In this document: in pieces, positions 16,733 through 20,000 of the stretch | How the letters are laid out: each line of letters opens with the position of its first letter | Numbering within the stretch: the stretch's first letter is position 1 | Origin: an uncultured virus (IMG/VR IMGVR_UViG_3300037132_000149) | Lineage: Duplodnaviria > Heunggongvirae > Uroviricota > Caudoviricetes | Reading direction: 5' to 3' (one strand) | Virus record (IMG/VR): IMGVR_UViG_3300037132_000149 | Location: 45,402 to 65,401 of that record | DNA: 20,000 bases | Notes under the pieces: model-generated | What the model was told of the DNA's origin: nothing | The model's database searches: none | Seen by the model: the letters and a program-made list of their open reading frames with translations, nothing else | Program-made: the position numbers and the translations under genes

Positions 16733-19447
16733 CTACTCTACAATCTCCGACCAGCTCGAGATCGCCGGCGTGCCGCCCGAACCGCTCAAAGTTGCCGCGG
16801 TTGCGGAGAAGGTCTCGCCGGGGAGAACTTTGAAACTGATCTGCGATACGCCGGCGCAGATGTTATACACGCCGTTGCCCGCCTGGCCGGCGCCGTCGAT
16901 CGTGTACTCGAGCGCTGCCGCGTAGCCCGTGCACGAGCCGGTCACGGTCATGCCGACGAACTCCTCGACAGGCACCGCGCCGCTGTTGGTGTACGTGGTG
17001 CCCGACACATAGGTCGAGCCGCCGACGCAGGCAACCGACAGGCAGTCCTTGCGCACGCCGGTCACGGCATTAGTGCCATCGTTACAGACCGAATTGACCG
17101 GAGTTCCCACGGTCGAGAGGTTGTTCTGCTGGCAGGCGATCCCGGTCGAGAACAGATAAACCCCGTAAGGCGTCCCGCCGGCAAAGCCGGTCGAGAGGAT
17201 GGTGTTGTGCCGGACGACGCTCTGGACGCCTGCGGCCGCGAGGCCGGTCGCGTAGATAGCTGCCTGGTAGACGGTCGACGAAAACGCCAGGTGATTGTCG
17301 ATGATCGAGACGGGGTTGAGGACGCCCCAGGTCGATCCCTCCTCGAGCTGAATCGCCGCGACCGGCGTGCCACTCATGGCCGTCATCGTCTCGGCGTTGT
17401 CATGGACAGAGACGGCCGTGCCAGGCTGCACGTAAATGCCGGCGCCAAAGTTGCCGGTGATGGTGTTCGGGCCCACATTGGCTGAGTCCACGCAGGTCGA
17501 GGTCTTGCCGTTGCACGAGATGCTGATTCCTACGCGGCCCTCGGCGACTGTCGTATCGCGCGTGAGTGTGTTGCCCGAGATCGTCGCCGAGATATTGGTG
17601 TTGGCGCTGGGTCCGCCCAGCGCCTCGATTCCGCTCATCGCGAAATTTGAGATGGTGTTGCCCGTGTAGCTCGAGCGAAGTCCGTCGGTCTCCATGCCCT
17701 GGCCCACGCCCACCATCACGTTGTCCGAGTAGGTCGCGTCGCTCGTCCAGCCCGTGCCGATGCCACTGAAGGCGTCCTGGGTGAGCAGGTTCGAGCTCAC
17801 CTCGAGGCCGATCACGCCCCACGGCTCGATCGCATCCGAATAGAAATTGGACAGGTTCATGTGCTTCACCTGGACGTTGTTCGCGCACCAGATGGCCACG
17901 CCCACATTGTTGAGCGGGATGTTGGTGGTCGGCTCCCCGTTGTTGTTCCAGATTAGGGAGTTGTAGCTGCCCACCGAACTCATCGAAAAATCGTGCAGGT
18001 TCACGTTCGAGATCAGCGTCGTCACCGCCCGGCCGGTCGTCACGTCCTGGGGGTTTGAGACGGGCGACAGCGTGCAGCCGGGCGAGTAGATCTGCAGGCC
18101 CGCCGCGTAGATGCCGCTGATCGCCGTGCCGAACGTGGGATGGCCCGAGACCAGGACCGGGTCGAAGAAGAGTCGACCGCCGCCGGTCATCTCGAAGTTC
18201 GAGACCGCGACCGAAAGGTAGTCGGTGTTGATCGTCGAGTCGGTCGACGCGATGCGGCAGATGTGGCCGGCGGGGATGACGACCTGCCCGCCCAGCGCCG
18301 GATCCAGTGTATTAAGCAGCGCCTGGATGGCAGCGCGATCGTTGTGGCCGTTGCCGGTCGTCCCGTTCGAATCGCAGAACGCGCCGAAGTCGAGCACGTT
18401 CAGACCGGATCCGCAGGAGCCGATCAGGTCGAAATAGTTTCCGTCCGAGATCGGGCAACTGCCGGCCGCGCCGGCCTGCCCGTTGATCAGGTAGCCTTGC
18501 CGCGCGTTGACCGCGCCCGGCGTGCCCGAGCCTTCGACGTCGACGCCCCATGCGGGCAGCTTGGTGCCCACGCCCAGCGCGCCCAGGTTCACGATGTTAT
18601 AAGCCGTCATGTCGATCGGTCCTGAGATCGACTGAACGTTGTGATTGTAGGGGACCGTCAGCACCGGAATCGGGTAGGTGACCTGGCCGTTGTAGTAGGG
18701 GATTCCATTCGACAGGTTGTAGGCCGACCCCGGCCCCAGCAACTGCCAGAGTTGCGGATATTGAAACAGCACGTTGCCGCTCGCGTCGACCAGCGAAACC
18801 TTGTAGCCGGTGCCGGTCGGCCAGCCCGCATCGTTCGCCACCTGCCGGCAGGCGCTCGAGTTCATGATGGGGGGGTTCGCGCCTGTCGCCAGCGGCACGG
18901 CCTGGGTGAACTGCGCGGTCGGCGTCACGGTCTGGCCCTGGTAGGTCTCGGCGCCGGGCGCCGAGCCAATGTAGACATCCATGCCCACAGCGGAAGGTGG
19001 CCCGGTTCCTGCTGGCGGGAGCACATGGAGCTCGCCGACGCTGGTCAGTTGCTGGGCCACCTCCACGCTCGGCAGTGTCTGGCCGCCGAACTGGTCGTAC
19101 CAGGTGAACTTCACGTAGTAATTGCCGACCGGGAGCGTGCCCACAAACTGCGGGCTCACTATGGGCGGCGAATAAGGGTTGCCGATCCCCACCACCGAGC
19201 CGTTGACGTCGCTCGAGCATTGGCCGCCGTTGACGACGACGCCGGTGCCCCCGACAAAGAAGACCTGGCTGGGCTGAAAGGAGAGCGTCGCGTTCTTGGC
19301 TGGGATCCCGCTCGAGCTGAAAAGTGTGCCCTGGAGAATGACGTATGGAGCCACGTACTGCGCCGGAGCCGGCAACCCTAGAAACAGGGCAGCGGTGGCC
19401 AGGGTCAGCCACCGCTGGGTTGCCTGTGGTTTTTGGAGCAATTCCAT
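16733..19447 (-). CDS. Tailspike/depolymerase-like protein with pectate-lyase-3 right-handed beta-helix and signal peptide
   Basis: LNVLDFGAFCD…DRAAIQALLN…GGQVVIPAG is the Pectate_lyase_3 N-cap, followed by Asn-ladder repeats (SSNLL, SDNVM, TGNTI, SGNTL, HDNA). The N-terminus is signal-like (…GLPAPA|Q). The start is uncertain: ATG 19447 is preferred because the upstream extension overlaps the terminator. Confidence 0.8.
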   Translation of the reverse strand: MELLQKPQATQRWLTLATAALFLGLPAPAQYVAPYVILQGTLFSSSGIPAKNATLSFQPSQVFFVGGTGVVVNGGQCSSDVNGSVVGIGNPYSPPIVSPQFVGTLPVGNYYVKFTWYDQFGGQTLPSVEVAQQLTSVGELHVLPPAGTGPPSAVGMDVYIGSAPGAETYQGQTVTPTAQFTQAVPLATGANPPIMNSSACRQVANDAGWPTGTGYKVSLVDASGNVLFQYPQLWQLLGPGSAYNLSNGIPYYNGQVTYPIPVLTVPYNHNVQSISGPIDMTAYNIVNLGALGVGTKLPAWGVDVEGSGTPGAVNARQGYLINGQAGAAGSCPISDGNYFDLIGSCGSGLNVLDFGAFCDSNGTTGNGHNDRAAIQALLNTLDPALGGQVVIPAGHICRIASTDSTINTDYLSVAVSNFEMTGGGRLFFDPVLVSGHPTFGTAISGIYAAGLQIYSPGCTLSPVSNPQDVTTGRAVTTLISNVNLHDFSMSSVGSYNSLIWNNNGEPTTNIPLNNVGVAIWCANNVQVKHMNLSNFYSDAIEPWGVIGLEVSSNLLTQDAFSGIGTGWTSDATYSDNVMVGVGQGMETDGLRSSYTGNTISNFAMSGIEALGGPSANTNISATISGNTLTRDTTVAEGRVGISISCNGKTSTCVDSANVGPNTITGNFGAGIYVQPGTAVSVHDNAETMTAMSGTPVAAIQLEEGSTWGVLNPVSIIDNHLAFSSTVYQAAIYATGLAAAGVQSVVRHNTILSTGFAGGTPYGVYLFSTGIACQQNNLSTVGTPVNSVCNDGTNAVTGVRKDCLSVACVGGSTYVSGTTYTNSGAVPVEEFVGMTVTGSCTGYAAALEYTIDGAGQAGNGVYNICAGVSQISFKVLPGETFSATAATLSGSGGTPAISSWSEIVE

Positions 19448-19502
19448 CTTCGCGCTGCTGGACTCCGGTGTCAATGAAATGGCCGCTAATCTTTTCAGGC
19501 AC

Positions 19503-19533
19503 AAAAAAACGCGGGCAAGCCATGCCTGCCCGC
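19503..19533 (-). terminator. Rho-independent terminator
   Basis: Minus strand GCGGGCAGGC-ATG-GCTTGCCCGC-G-TTTTTTT. Confidence 0.88.
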
Positions 19534-19582
19534 AATCAGAATCAGTTGCCTTGGTTGTCCCCGGATGCGCTCCGGAGCCATC
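19503..19582 (-). ncRNA. Putative ~80-nt leader/small RNA between promoter and terminator
   Basis: Bounded by the promoter at 19587-19615 and the terminator. Contains a 5' hairpin CUCCGGA-GCGCA-UCCGGGG (19559-19577). Confidence 0.45.
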
Positions 19583-19586
19583 AGCG

Positions 19587-19615
19587 ACTGTAAGGTAGTC
19601 CATCGTCTCTGTCAA
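19587..19615 (-). promoter_or_regulatory. sigma70-like promoter
   Basis: TTGACA (19615-19610), 17-nt spacer, TACAGT (19592-19587). Confidence 0.7.
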
Positions 19616-19623
19616 GACCTTTC

Positions 19624-20000
19624 TCACTCGGCGGCTTTGCCGACGCCGCTGTCCTCGAGTTCGTCCTCGTGGACGGTTTCGAGTTCGCCGGCGCCATCGC
19701 CCTGGCTCACCGCGGCTGGCTGCACCAGTTCGGGGCCGGCGACGTGGCCGCGCATCTCTGCGGCGCGCCGGCGATCCATCTCTTCCTGGGCCAGCTTCGT
19801 GTTCTTCTCCTGCACCATCACGGCCCGCTGCCGCAGCGCGTTCTCCGCGTCCGCCGCGGCCTTTTGCTCCATAAGGTTGCGATGATCCCGGCCGATGCGC
19901 ACCAGCTCGACAATCGCCGAGTGGGTCTGGACCGGGTAGGCCATCAACTGATCGTTGAACTTCCTGGCAATTCCGTACATTTCACTGGGTTGCAGATCTT
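19624..20000 (-). CDS. Hypothetical helical protein (may extend beyond the window)
   Basis: 118 aa from ATG 19980, but the frame stays open to the window end. Coiled-coil and acidic tail. Confidence 0.65.
   Translation of the reverse strand, partial: DLQPSEMYGIARKFNDQLMAYPVQTHSAIVELVRIGRDHRNLMEQKAAADAENALRQRAVMVQEKNTKLAQEEMDRRRAAEMRGHVAGPELVQPAAVSQGDGAGELETVHEDELEDSGVGKAAE

Noticed and set aside
19534..19582. Hairpin ending in ACAAC plus ~20-nt segment, resembling a solitary CRISPR repeat-spacer
   Set aside because: Single copy only, no match to a repeat family I can recognise, and no cas genes in the window.
19572..19609. Fluoride (crcB) riboswitch-like words GACGAUGGA…GCUGAUGGCUCC on the minus strand
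   Set aside because: The required P1 and pseudoknot pairings are missing, the segment overlaps the promoter spacer, and there is no fluoride-related gene downstream.
71..19885. Numerous plus-strand and alternate-frame ORFs in the ORF track
   Set aside because: They are shadow ORFs of high-GC minus-strand genes, Arg/Pro/Gly-rich with no motifs.
1..20000. Genome-wide TAG reassignment (alternative genetic code)
   Set aside because: Long ORFs are intact under code 11 and three genes end normally at TAG; only one internal TAG is seen.

Overview
High-GC window that reads as one co-oriented (minus-strand) late region of a tailed dsDNA phage or prophage of a diderm host (Acidobacteriota-like; inference only). 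In transcription order (right to left): a hypothetical gene; a sigma70-like promoter, ~80-nt leader and intrinsic terminator; a pectate-lyase-like beta-helix tailspike; two paralogous secreted proteins, one split by an in-frame TAG; a small secreted coiled-coil protein; a mosaic SGNH/fibre-like protein; a small membrane protein; an FN3 protein and a lipoprotein sharing a duplicated Cys-rich domain; a lysis-like block (holin-like protein, papain C1A peptidase, outer-membrane beta-barrel, M15 endolysin); small coupled ORFs including a DUF6582-like gene; a zinc-ribbon portal; an acidic protein; a large scaffold; and the 5' end of a major capsid gene missed by the ORF track. The most striking feature is that almost all fibre/spike-like genes encode Sec signal peptides cleaved before Gln, and several are Cys-rich. 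This suggests export and oxidative folding of virion appendages in the periplasm. All product calls come from motif recognition without database searches.
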